Below, one piece after another: positions 8,526-17,892 of a DNA stretch of 64,000 nt. This stretch comes from an uncultured Chitinophagaceae bacterium. GTDB taxonomy: Bacteria > Bacteroidota > Bacteroidia > Chitinophagales > Chitinophagaceae. The stretch spans positions 927-64,926 of the forward strand of contig CAYPBV010000002.1 in NCBI GenBank assembly GCA_964409025.1, read 5' to 3'. Under the pieces are notes generated by a model. It searched no databases. It saw only the letters and a program-made list of their open reading frames with translations, and was not told where the DNA came from. Each line of letters opens with the position of its first letter. Within the stretch, counting starts at the first letter, position 1. The position numbers and the translations under genes were made by a program.

Positions 8526-9824
8526 TTACTCAACTACAGTTTTGGTTTTCATTGCTGCTTCAGTCGTTTCATTCATAACAGGATTGGCAGTATGTAAAAC
8601 ATGTTTATTTAAAGCCGTCTTTCGTTGATGAAATGCCTTATACATCCTGCCCTTATCAAACATCTTTTCATTGCATGAAATAAAAACAGTAGCTACACCA
8701 TTACCAATAAAATTGGTGATCGCTCTTGCCTCCGACATAAAACGATCAACGCCCAGCAATAAAGCCAGTCCTTCAATAGGAATAACTTTTACCGCACTCA
8801 ACGTGGAAGCAAGTATAATAAATCCGCTCCCGGTTACTCCTGCTGCCCCTTTAGACGTTACCATCAGCACGCCTACAACCATCAGCATTTGTTGCAGTGT
8901 AAGATCAATATGAAACACCTGCGCCAGGAACAAAACAGCCATTGATAAATAAATGGATGTACCATCCAGGTTAAAGGAATAACCCGTTGGCACTACCAAT
9001 CCTACTACTGATTTATGACATCCCATGTGCTCCAGCTTTTCCATAAGCGATGGTAACGCCGCTTCAGAAGAGGAAGTACCCAGCACAATCAACAACTCAT
9101 CTTTGATATAATTTAAAAATGCAAGCAATGAGATTTTATAATACTTCAATACAGCTCCCAGCACTGCAAATACAAACACAGCCATGGTGATGTACACACA
9201 AAGCATCAGTTTAGCCAGTGGTACCAATGTGGCAATACCGTACTTTCCAATGGTAAATGACATACCGCCAAAAGCACCTATAGGCGCAGCCTTCATCACC
9301 CAATGCAGTGCTCTGAATACATATTTCGAGGCCTGGTAAATGGGTTTTAATAATACCTGCTTATTGGTAAACCTGCTGAGTACAATACCAAACAGTATCG
9401 AAAATAATAATACCTGAATGGTGATGTTCTCTCTGAAGAATTGAAGCCATGATACAGATACTTCACCTTTATATTTAGTAATATCTGTTGCCCCAATACC
9501 CGATGTATCAACACCTTCTCCGGGTCTGATGAAATGTGCAACCACTAAACCTATGAGTAAGGCAAGAGTGGTAATCACTTCAAAATACAACAATGCTTTA
9601 CCGCCTACCCGACCCACCTTTTTCAAATTATCCATACCGCATATGCCGGTGACAATAGTTAAAAAAATGATGGGGTTAATAAACAGTTTGATGACATCAA
9701 TAAAATATTTCCCCAGTGGCTGCATGGCAACACCTGTTGCAGGAAAAAAATGTCCTAACAGAATCCCTGAAAATATAGCAAGCAATACCCAGAAGGTAAG
9801 ACTGGTATAAATTTTTTTAAACAT
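8526..9824 (-). CDS. dctA: C4-dicarboxylate:cation symporter (DAACS family)
   Basis: KKVGRVGGKALLYFE, VLGTSSSE, VVPTGYSFNLDGTSIY, SKGAAGVTGSGF, GVDRFMSEARA. Confidence 0.9.
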   Translation of the reverse strand: MFKKIYTSLTFWVLLAIFSGILLGHFFPATGVAMQPLGKYFIDVIKLFINPIIFLTIVTGICGMDNLKKVGRVGGKALLYFEVITTLALLIGLVVAHFIRPGEGVDTSGIGATDITKYKGEVSVSWLQFFRENITIQVLLFSILFGIVLSRFTNKQVLLKPIYQASKYVFRALHWVMKAAPIGAFGGMSFTIGKYGIATLVPLAKLMLCVYITMAVFVFAVLGAVLKYYKISLLAFLNYIKDELLIVLGTSSSEAALPSLMEKLEHMGCHKSVVGLVVPTGYSFNLDGTSIYLSMAVLFLAQVFHIDLTLQQMLMVVGVLMVTSKGAAGVTGSGFIILASTLSAVKVIPIEGLALLLGVDRFMSEARAITNFIGNGVATVFISCNEKMFDKGRMYKAFHQRKTALNKHVLHTANPVMNETTEAAMKTKTVVE

Positions 9825-9840
9825 ATAAATGTGTTTAACC

Positions 9841-10608
9841 CTATCGGGTAATGACTTCATTAACTGCTTTCACACACAATGCTATATCTGCTTTACTCAC
9901 TTGCATGATGCGGAATGTTTCACCGTCTTTATCAATGTAGTTATACACTTCAGCATAGCCCTTTGGTAAAGTACCGGTGATCGTTTTAATAAAACTGAGC
10001 GCCACCAGAAAAGTTCCCAATGCTGATGGATGTGATTCATCACTATGATACAGTTCTATCCCCGGTTGCAGTTCTATTGCTTTTGCCCAGCAATTACCCG
10101 CAGGTACAACAACTGCATTGTTTTGCCTGCCTAACTCTTCATATACATGATTAATCGCTGTTTGTGTTTCAGGGGTTTTCTTTCTGCTCCATGTATTATA
10201 GATATACGGTTTTGCTCCTGTTTGTTTAATTAAATCACAAAACAATTTTCCGTGAAACAGTACACTGTCAGGATAGCGCAAAGGCCACATGCTGTTATCC
10301 TGTATTACAACAATATCATACTTCTCTTTTGTTATTGCCTGTTTTGATTGCAATCCTTTTGCTCCGTTCCAGTGCTCGCCCAGCGTGGCTCCACCGGCTG
10401 TTGATTTTTTACAAATGATCTTGGTCTTCATACTGTCGGTAAGTAACCCAATCATTTGTGCCAGGTTGTTATAATACACATAGCTGTTGCCAACAAACAA
10501 TACACGAATCGTATCTTTTTTGGATGTCTGTGCATGTGCAGTTTGCAGCAAACAAAACTGCACACACAGGACAAAGGCAATCAATCGTAACGGCTTCATC
10601 AATAACAT
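9841..10608 (-). CDS. Secreted SGNH/GDSL-like hydrolase
   Basis: Signal peptide; VLFVGNSY (block I); DESHPS (DxxH). Co-oriented downstream of susD. Confidence 0.75.
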   Translation of the reverse strand: MLLMKPLRLIAFVLCVQFCLLQTAHAQTSKKDTIRVLFVGNSYVYYNNLAQMIGLLTDSMKTKIICKKSTAGGATLGEHWNGAKGLQSKQAITKEKYDIVVIQDNSMWPLRYPDSVLFHGKLFCDLIKQTGAKPYIYNTWSRKKTPETQTAINHVYEELGRQNNAVVVPAGNCWAKAIELQPGIELYHSDESHPSALGTFLVALSFIKTITGTLPKGYAEVYNYIDKDGETFRIMQVSKADIALCVKAVNEVITR

Positions 10609-10610
10609 AC

Positions 10611-12023
10611 TTACCGGTTAACAGGTGTGGGATCAAATAAGGATGGAATTGGATTGGGTGTTGATGTATTGATATCAATTTCAAACTGCGGATATAAAAA
10701 ACGCTGCGGAAACTGTGTACCAAAGTTTAAAGGCACGGGCACACGCACATCTGTTTCTTTAAACAACCGGCGCATATCATTATAACCTTCTATTTGCCCG
10801 ATGAAGTTTACATACCGCTCTTCAATAATTTCACGCAACAGGGCACGGTCCTGTGCAATAGGTGAAGTGCCTCCGTTTTCCATACCACCCGCTGCAAAAT
10901 CAGCTGCTACATACGGATCATAACGCCAGTTGCCTGTTGTGAGATAAGTAGTGGTGATATAGGCACCGGTATTCAAATACGCTCTGTATGTATTCAATCG
11001 TGTAAGACCGGCAGCAAATCCATTCACTCTTGTATCTGCTTCGGCAAGGATCAATAAATTTTCACCAAAGGTGGCAAGTGGAAAGAAGGTGTTTTGGCCG
11101 AAAAAGCCGTTCACTGTAAAATTCAAGTTGGTTGCGCTGTTGTAAAAATAATTCCAGCGGGCACGCTCATTGGTTTTGGTATTACCTCTGTAACGGGTTC
11201 CCGCAGGGTTTACCAAACTCACACCATACATCCCTGTTGCATCAATCCAGTTAGGGCGGTCTAAGGAAAGAAACTGAAAGTAAAGATTAAACGCACCTCT
11301 GTTGGTAGCAAAATGCGGTGCCATAAAATTATTGGCCTGGGTACTGATGCCATTCTGCGCTGCAGCCAGTGCTCTGGGATAATCACGTACATGCATAAAA
11401 TAGCGTGCCTTCAATGTGTTGGCCGTTTGAATCCAGCGGGTCATGTTTCCTGCAAAGTGAATATCCTGTGCAGCAAAATCTACAAAAGCAGTTGAACCCA
11501 GATTTACAATGGCTGAGTCGAGCAACACCTGCACTCTTGCATACACATCAGCCTGTGCATCAAATTTCGGATTGGCGAAATTATCATCTGCCGCTTCTGT
11601 ATAAGGTATGTCACCCCACAAAGCGGTAGTCGTTCCCATCAAATTTGCTTCAATTACCTGAACCACACCCAGCATACGACGGTTGTTGACTGCCGTTGCT
11701 TTGCCTTTTAAAATTTTAATGTTTTTATAAAGACCTGAATAAACACGCTGCCAGGCAGCATCAAAGTTCCTGGTGATGACTGTATATTGATGATAACTTT
11801 GGTATTGCTGTGTGTATCCTCTGAAATAACCCGTCCACATACCTGCAAAGCGAGCCAGATCTCCTTCCTGTATATTCATATTGCCAACCATAATACTGGT
11901 GAGCATACTGTTCGCATCAGCATCAGTGGGGTTATTGGGATCGGTATTAATACCGTCAACTATTTTACTGCAGGAACTCCATACAGCAGTAAAACAAACT
12001 AAGGCAATCAAATAACGTTTCAT
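10611..12023 (-). CDS. susD: SusD/RagB-family lipoprotein
   Basis: Lipobox WSSC, INTDPNNP, WGDIPYTEA, FPQRFLYP. Confidence 0.92.
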   Translation of the reverse strand: MKRYLIALVCFTAVWSSCSKIVDGINTDPNNPTDADANSMLTSIMVGNMNIQEGDLARFAGMWTGYFRGYTQQYQSYHQYTVITRNFDAAWQRVYSGLYKNIKILKGKATAVNNRRMLGVVQVIEANLMGTTTALWGDIPYTEAADDNFANPKFDAQADVYARVQVLLDSAIVNLGSTAFVDFAAQDIHFAGNMTRWIQTANTLKARYFMHVRDYPRALAAAQNGISTQANNFMAPHFATNRGAFNLYFQFLSLDRPNWIDATGMYGVSLVNPAGTRYRGNTKTNERARWNYFYNSATNLNFTVNGFFGQNTFFPLATFGENLLILAEADTRVNGFAAGLTRLNTYRAYLNTGAYITTTYLTTGNWRYDPYVAADFAAGGMENGGTSPIAQDRALLREIIEERYVNFIGQIEGYNDMRRLFKETDVRVPVPLNFGTQFPQRFLYPQFEIDINTSTPNPIPSLFDPTPVNR

Positions 12024-12045
12024 ATTATTAAATTTTGAATGGAGA

Positions 12046-15000
12046 TTAAAAATTAAGTTTCAAAGTGAACAGATAAGAACGGGTGGGAGGGTTTACAAAA
12101 TAAACTACACCACGGCCTGAGGTTGAACCCGAGTTGTTGGCATCAGGATCATATCCGTTTACGTTACTGATCAAAAACAGGTTGCGTCCGCTTATTTCAA
12201 AACCTAATGAACTGATGCCTGCTTTCTTTTTCAGAAAATCACTCGTTACCGTATAACCGAAATTGATTTCACGCATACGTGTCCAGGTAGCATCTTCTAA
12301 AAACAATTCGCCCACATTACCAAACCATCCACCGGGACCCGTGTACCAGCTTTGATCCAGTGCTACATTACCGGCACCAAAGTCTTTGATATTACCACGA
12401 AACGGTGTGCCTGCAGGAATAGTCGTTCCATTGTATCTTCTCAAAGGCACATCACTCACACGTTCAAAACCTGTAGCAGCTGATGTACCATAATCAAGCA
12501 ACACACCTTCTGTTCCATTGATCACATCACCACCTTGTGAATGTTCCATCAAAGCATTGAGATAAAACTTCTTGTATTTAAGACTGAAGCCAAAGGCACC
12601 TCTCCAATCAGGATTGGGATCGCCAATAGGCGCCGCTGTAGGATCTACCACAGGAAAACCGTTGGCATCCAATGAAAACTTGCCGGAAGCATCACGTAAA
12701 AATTTATTGGAGAACAATACACCTAATGCATATCCTTCCACAGCTCTTGATGACACACCAGCGCTACCGCCCAATGTAATAGAACCTGCGCCGCTTAAGT
12801 TGGTTACAAGATTTCGGTTGCGTGTCCAGTTAAGATTTACATCGAGTGTCCAGTCTTTGCTTTGGATAAGATTATAACCAAGATCAATTTCTATTCCTTT
12901 GTTTTCAATAGCGCCTGCATTGGCATACAAGGTATTGAAACCTGTTGCAGGAGATTGTGTAACGGAGATCAAAGCGTCTTTGGTTGTATTGTTATAATAG
13001 GTAAGACCAAGTGTTAATCTGTTTTTGAAAAACCGTAAGTCTGCACCCACTTCAAATTCCTGTTTTTGCTCCGGACGTAAAAAGGCATTTCCTCTGTCAT
13101 CATTCTGCAAATAAGAACCGGTTCCATATAAGGCAGGGTCAAGAGCACCACCTAAACCATCGCCCCATGAACGTGCCGTAAATGTAGTAGCCGTATTATA
13201 TGCCAGCGGCTGCACACCTACAATTCCAAAGGAAGCACGTAGTTTACCAAAGGAAAACCACTCAGCGGGTTCAAATAATTTTAAACGTGTAAACTGCCAT
13301 GCTACATCAGCCGATGGATAGAAAAATGTTTTGGATGCCAGACTTCCAAATGTAGAAGCCGCTTCCAAACGTGCTGTTGCATTCACAAACAACTGATCAT
13401 AGAATGAAGTACCGATGCTTGTATAGCCGGCATTGGTCAGGCGTCTTAAAAAACGATCGGTTACTGAGATGTTTGCAGGTGTAGCATTATTAAAATCCTG
13501 CGGGCCTTCTGCTAAAATAAAGTTGAGTGATTGCCCGCCCAGCGTTGTTGTCTTTAAACTGTTATAGTTAAAACCAAGCGTAATATTGCCCGAAATGTTT
13601 TCATTAAAATCATGCTGCGCCCTTCCGATTACATCAAGGTTAAATTGAAACTCCGAATATTCTTCTCGGTTGTATTGCCCTGTAATGGCATTGGCAGAGA
13701 AATAAGGAAAGTAATTGGTTTGCAAATCAGTAAAATAATCAAGACCTGCACGTGTGGTAAGTGTAAACCATTTTACGGGTTTAATATTCACTTCTGCTGC
13801 ATTTACAAAACGATTGACAGATGATCTGTTTTTAAGTGAATTGATTACCCAGAGTGGATTATTGAATCCGGGATTGGTACTGGAACCGATTCCGTTTCTG
13901 TAAGAGCGGTGTCTGTTGGAAACTACAGCGCCACCGGGGCCGGTATAAAAACTGCCGATATAATCGGTGTTATCAAAATCAGGTGGCGTACGTAAAAGGC
14001 CAATAAGCAATCCGGCATTATTAATACCTGCCTGCAATCTGTTGGAACTGCTTAAGATATAAGAAGCTTTATTGGAAACACTCAACCACTTGTTCAATTC
14101 TCTTCCCGCATTAACCCGAAACGTAGTTCTTCTGTAATCACTGCTGTTGCGCACAACCCCTTTTTGATTCATATCACTAAAACTCAGGAAGTAGTTGGAT
14201 TTGTTATCACCTCCGCTTACACTCAGTGAATTATCAAGAAAATAACCTGTTCTGAAAATGCTGTTGTAATTTCTGTCAATAAAGGTTTCTCTGGAATTCT
14301 TGGTGGTAATCGGATATATGGTTCTGCCGGTATTACCTACAAAATAACCACCGGCTGTATTTAAAACATCATCGGCTCCGGAGCGGTTGGCAATTTTATC
14401 ACCCCATGTACGTATGGCATTCGCCTGCCACACACCGTTATTACCTTGCCCGTATGTATTTTGTAAGTCATAAAAAGCGCTTACTTCATCAAACGAAACT
14501 GTAGAACGGAAACTGATATTGGCTTTGTTTCCGCTACTTCCCTTTTTTGTTGTAATGATGATCACACCATTCGCTGCCCTGGTGCCCCACAAGGCCGCTG
14601 CTGATGCGCCTTTTAAGATTTGTACACTGGCCACATCATCCATATTAATATCATTCATACGGCTTTGCTGTACAATTTGTCCGCCGCTGGATTCACCTCT
14701 TGCATCACCACTCACCGGCACACCATCCACAATCAATAAGGGATCTGTGCTGCGGGTAATGGTACTTTGACCTCTGATCAAAATTTGTGAGGAACCTCCT
14801 GGGTCGCCCGATGATCTGGAAACACGAATGCCTGATGATTTACCGGCAAGCGATTGAATCAACCCCGATTCACCCGAGTTGGTAATTGCTTCAGAACTGA
14901 TGCGGTTGGTAGCATAACCGAGCTTGTCTTTTCTGGTTTCAAAACCCAGGGCATTTACCACTACATTTTCAAGTGAAGTAGCCGTAACATTTAATCGCAC

Positions 15001-15288
15001 TTCTATTGATTCCGACCCGCTGAGTTTTATTTCTTTTGTTTCATAACCTATAAAACTCACTACAAGTTGGGTTTTGCCCGACGGTACCTGAATGGTAAAA
15101 GCACCTTTGTCATCTGTTAAGGCGGTAGTAGTGGTTCCTTTTACTAATACTGTGGCGCCTTGCAAGAAATTGCCTTTATCATCCAGCACAATACCTTTTA
15201 CTGGCTTGCTCTGGCCAAAAGCCTGTGCAAAAAAGAAAAGTACAGCAATGAAGCACACACAGCATCTGTGTACGTTGAATTGATTCAT
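12046..15288 (-). CDS. susC: SusC/RagA TonB-dependent transporter
   Basis: N-terminal extension, plug (IRGQSTI, PLLIVDG, ILKGASAAALWGTRAANGVIIITTKKG), C-terminal Phe. ATG 15288 preferred as start. Confidence 0.95.
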   Translation of the reverse strand: MNQFNVHRCCVCFIAVLFFFAQAFGQSKPVKGIVLDDKGNFLQGATVLVKGTTTTALTDDKGAFTIQVPSGKTQLVVSFIGYETKEIKLSGSESIEVRLNVTATSLENVVVNALGFETRKDKLGYATNRISSEAITNSGESGLIQSLAGKSSGIRVSRSSGDPGGSSQILIRGQSTITRSTDPLLIVDGVPVSGDARGESSGGQIVQQSRMNDINMDDVASVQILKGASAAALWGTRAANGVIIITTKKGSSGNKANISFRSTVSFDEVSAFYDLQNTYGQGNNGVWQANAIRTWGDKIANRSGADDVLNTAGGYFVGNTGRTIYPITTKNSRETFIDRNYNSIFRTGYFLDNSLSVSGGDNKSNYFLSFSDMNQKGVVRNSSDYRRTTFRVNAGRELNKWLSVSNKASYILSSSNRLQAGINNAGLLIGLLRTPPDFDNTDYIGSFYTGPGGAVVSNRHRSYRNGIGSSTNPGFNNPLWVINSLKNRSSVNRFVNAAEVNIKPVKWFTLTTRAGLDYFTDLQTNYFPYFSANAITGQYNREEYSEFQFNLDVIGRAQHDFNENISGNITLGFNYNSLKTTTLGGQSLNFILAEGPQDFNNATPANISVTDRFLRRLTNAGYTSIGTSFYDQLFVNATARLEAASTFGSLASKTFFYPSADVAWQFTRLKLFEPAEWFSFGKLRASFGIVGVQPLAYNTATTFTARSWGDGLGGALDPALYGTGSYLQNDDRGNAFLRPEQKQEFEVGADLRFFKNRLTLGLTYYNNTTKDALISVTQSPATGFNTLYANAGAIENKGIEIDLGYNLIQSKDWTLDVNLNWTRNRNLVTNLSGAGSITLGGSAGVSSRAVEGYALGVLFSNKFLRDASGKFSLDANGFPVVDPTAAPIGDPNPDWRGAFGFSLKYKKFYLNALMEHSQGGDVINGTEGVLLDYGTSAATGFERVSDVPLRRYNGTTIPAGTPFRGNIKDFGAGNVALDQSWYTGPGGWFGNVGELFLEDATWTRMREINFGYTVTSDFLKKKAGISSLGFEISGRNLFLISNVNGYDPDANNSGSTSGRGVVYFVNPPTRSYLFTLKLNF

Positions 15289-15366
15289 ATGACAGCATGT
15301 TTTGGTTTTGAAAAAAACAGTCAATCAAAATAACAGATCTCTGATTGTTTTTGATTTAATAGTACC

Positions 15367-15427
15367 TTTCCGATTCAATTCTAAAAAAAATCAGGATTTC
15401 CGAAACCTATAAAGAATTTCCGAAATT
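15367..15427. promoter_or_regulatory. Candidate operator: three TTTCCGA direct repeats
   Basis: TTTCCGA at 15367, 15397 and 15417. The third lies in the palindrome AATTTC-C-GAAATT (15415-15427). Located between divergent susC and ORF 15458. Confidence 0.5.
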
Positions 15428-15457
15428 TATAATTGTATAATTTTCAAATAATTAGGT

Positions 15458-16708
15458 TTGAAGCTTAAAAAAGGAAAAGAGGAAATTATTTACTTGCTTA
15501 ATCAGGCTATCGTCAGGTTTCAGCACGATACCGGTAAAGAAATAGTCCAAAATACCAATCGTAAGAACTATGAGGCCCTTGCCATTGCCCTTAGTGAAAT
15601 CAGTAACAACCTTCCCCAAACCGCCGAAACCCTCGGGCATATCAAATATGAACCCGATATATCCAAAGAACAACAGGAATACCCTTTTAGAAAATATGAT
15701 ATAACGGGTGGCCAAATCAAAGACGCCCTCATGGGTCTTGTTGCCAACCCTCGGCCCTTTCTGGTGGACACCTGTTACATTTATGTATATGGTATGGGCC
15801 GACTTGCTTTTGAAAAAAATCCAAAAGACGAATACCTCGTCTCAACTGAAGAAACTGAAGAAGCAACGATGGACGCTTATTCAGTTTTTAAAGAAAATCA
15901 GCAATTAAAAGCCAGCCTTGCCAAATTAAGACATGAACGCAAACGCAGCATCAGCAGAAAAAACACATTCATCAGAAAAGTATTATTACCACTATCTGTG
16001 CTTTTGCTGGTTCTTGCTGTTTATTTCTTTTATCAGTACAACACGGCAAACCAGCAGCTGAGTGTTTATAAAAATGATTTTAAACTGTTGCCTTATACAC
16101 CCACAAAAGCTCAGATAGATAGTTTAGAAGGAGTTTGGATTTGCTACATCGGTTCGCCACAGGCACGCCTTTCAGATCCTAACAGGTATCATAAAGTGGT
16201 TACCAATCTTGTAGAAATTAAATACAAAAACGGCTACTTCTTGTACGAGCGCTACGGCGCAAGCTTTAATCACACAGGCTATATTCAAATGGAAGCACCC
16301 GGACTCATTTCCATTCACTCAAGAATAAAAAACAATACCAATATTATTGAATCTCCCAGGCACAGTTTGATGCAACTGGAACCGGGCAAACCTTTTTTGA
16401 ATGCCATATCAGCTTCCTGGAGCTTTGATGTGGGTACCAAAAATCGCATTATCGGCATCAGAGAAGTTTATCAAAAGCTGGGTAAAGGGGGCGTAATAGA
16501 AGAAGTGATTAATTCTGTTGAAAATGCAAGCTGTCAATGTAAAATCATACGCTGGAAAAAAAATCAAAAAGAGATTAGCACCTTTTTCCTCAAAAATATG
16601 TCACTGGATTCGTTGGCCAATCTTGAAATGAGAAACATGATTGATGAACGAAGCATTCTCTTAAAAGATCCCGCCGAAGAATTTATCATCATTAAGAAAT
16701 CAGAATAA
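15458..16708 (+). CDS. Single-pass membrane protein, putative transmembrane one-component regulator
   Basis: Helical N-domain, coiled coil (ENQQLKASLAKLRHERK), one TM (VLLPLSVLLLVLAVYFFY), beta-rich C-domain. Confidence 0.7.
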   Translation: MKLKKGKEEIIYLLNQAIVRFQHDTGKEIVQNTNRKNYEALAIALSEISNNLPQTAETLGHIKYEPDISKEQQEYPFRKYDITGGQIKDALMGLVANPRPFLVDTCYIYVYGMGRLAFEKNPKDEYLVSTEETEEATMDAYSVFKENQQLKASLAKLRHERKRSISRKNTFIRKVLLPLSVLLLVLAVYFFYQYNTANQQLSVYKNDFKLLPYTPTKAQIDSLEGVWICYIGSPQARLSDPNRYHKVVTNLVEIKYKNGYFLYERYGASFNHTGYIQMEAPGLISIHSRIKNNTNIIESPRHSLMQLEPGKPFLNAISASWSFDVGTKNRIIGIREVYQKLGKGGVIEEVINSVENASCQCKIIRWKKNQKEISTFFLKNMSLDSLANLEMRNMIDERSILLKDPAEEFIIIKKSE

Positions 16709-17006
16709 ACGGATCTGTTACCATTACTTACTTCAACACACGTTCCAATAATAGCCCCAAACGTTCTGCCCATTTTTTATATTCTATTGCAAAGGGGTGT
16801 AATCCATCTGCAGCAAATGGGCGTAAGCCTGTATGTACTGCACACCCGGCTTTCGCCTGTTTAACAGCAACTCGGAAAAAATCAGGGAACTACTATTCAC
16901 CAGAGCAAATGCTGATTATTTACAATCATACCGGCCCGCCCTCATTAACTGATGCTCATGGCAATGCATTCAATGTAAAACAACAAACGGAATGGCAGCA
17001 ACAACT

Positions 17007-17840
17007 TCAAAAATCAGTACGCTGAAAACCGCTTTTCGTGAGTTCAATTTTCTTTTCTTTATACAACTTACCGATCGTCATCTTAAAAACCTTCTTACTC
17101 ATACCAAAGAAATTATAAATAGCTTCGGGCTCACTTTTATCATGATAAGGTAAGTAACCGTTGTTTTCTTCCAGTAATCTTAAAATTTTACCCGCTTCGT
17201 CTTCAACCTTATTATAACCAGGTTTTCCGATAGCCACATCAATCTTACCATCTTCACGCAGCTGTTTAATAAATCCTTTTACTTTATCGCCCACCTGCAG
17301 TGGTTGAAACACTTCGTTGGCATACAACAAGCCAAGGTGTTGATTGTTGATGATTACAGACCAGCCTAACTCTGTTTCTCTGTATACAATCAAATCCACT
17401 TCTTCTTTTTCTTTCACCGTGAGCGCTTCGTTACTCAGCAAATGCTCAATGTACTGGCTTGCAGCAGCTCTGCCTGTTTGTGCATCTATATACACATGCA
17501 CTAGGTATTCACCACCCAGCCGCATAGGCGAAAGTTGTTTACTCTTGCGTACAAATAAATCTTTCATCAATCCCCAGTCAAGAAAAGCTCCATGACTGCT
17601 GGTGCCCACTACTTTTAAAAAAGCAATATCACCCACTACAGCTGTTGGGTGTTGTGTTGTGGCGATGAGCCTGTCTTCACCATCATGATAAATAAATACT
17701 GTTAGTTCATCGCCCACCTTTGTTCCTCTGGGCACAAAACGTTTAGGAAGTAAAATGCCTTCTTTACCATCGTCTAAATAGGCACCCGCATCTTTGATGC
17801 GTTGCACATGCATACGGTTATAGTTACCTACTTCAATCAT
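17007..17840 (-). CDS. cvfB: CvfB-family S1 RNA-binding protein
   Basis: ILLPKR, VFIYHDGEDR, GAFLDWGLMKDL, REDGKID, MSKKVFKMTIGKLYK. Confidence 0.88.
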   Translation of the reverse strand: MIEVGNYNRMHVQRIKDAGAYLDDGKEGILLPKRFVPRGTKVGDELTVFIYHDGEDRLIATTQHPTAVVGDIAFLKVVGTSSHGAFLDWGLMKDLFVRKSKQLSPMRLGGEYLVHVYIDAQTGRAAASQYIEHLLSNEALTVKEKEEVDLIVYRETELGWSVIINNQHLGLLYANEVFQPLQVGDKVKGFIKQLREDGKIDVAIGKPGYNKVEDEAGKILRLLEENNGYLPYHDKSEPEAIYNFFGMSKKVFKMTIGKLYKEKKIELTKSGFQRTDF

Positions 17841-17892
17841 ATGGTGAAGATAAGCACAGTGTTACAGTAAGTGCAGCTGAGTACATTTTCTT

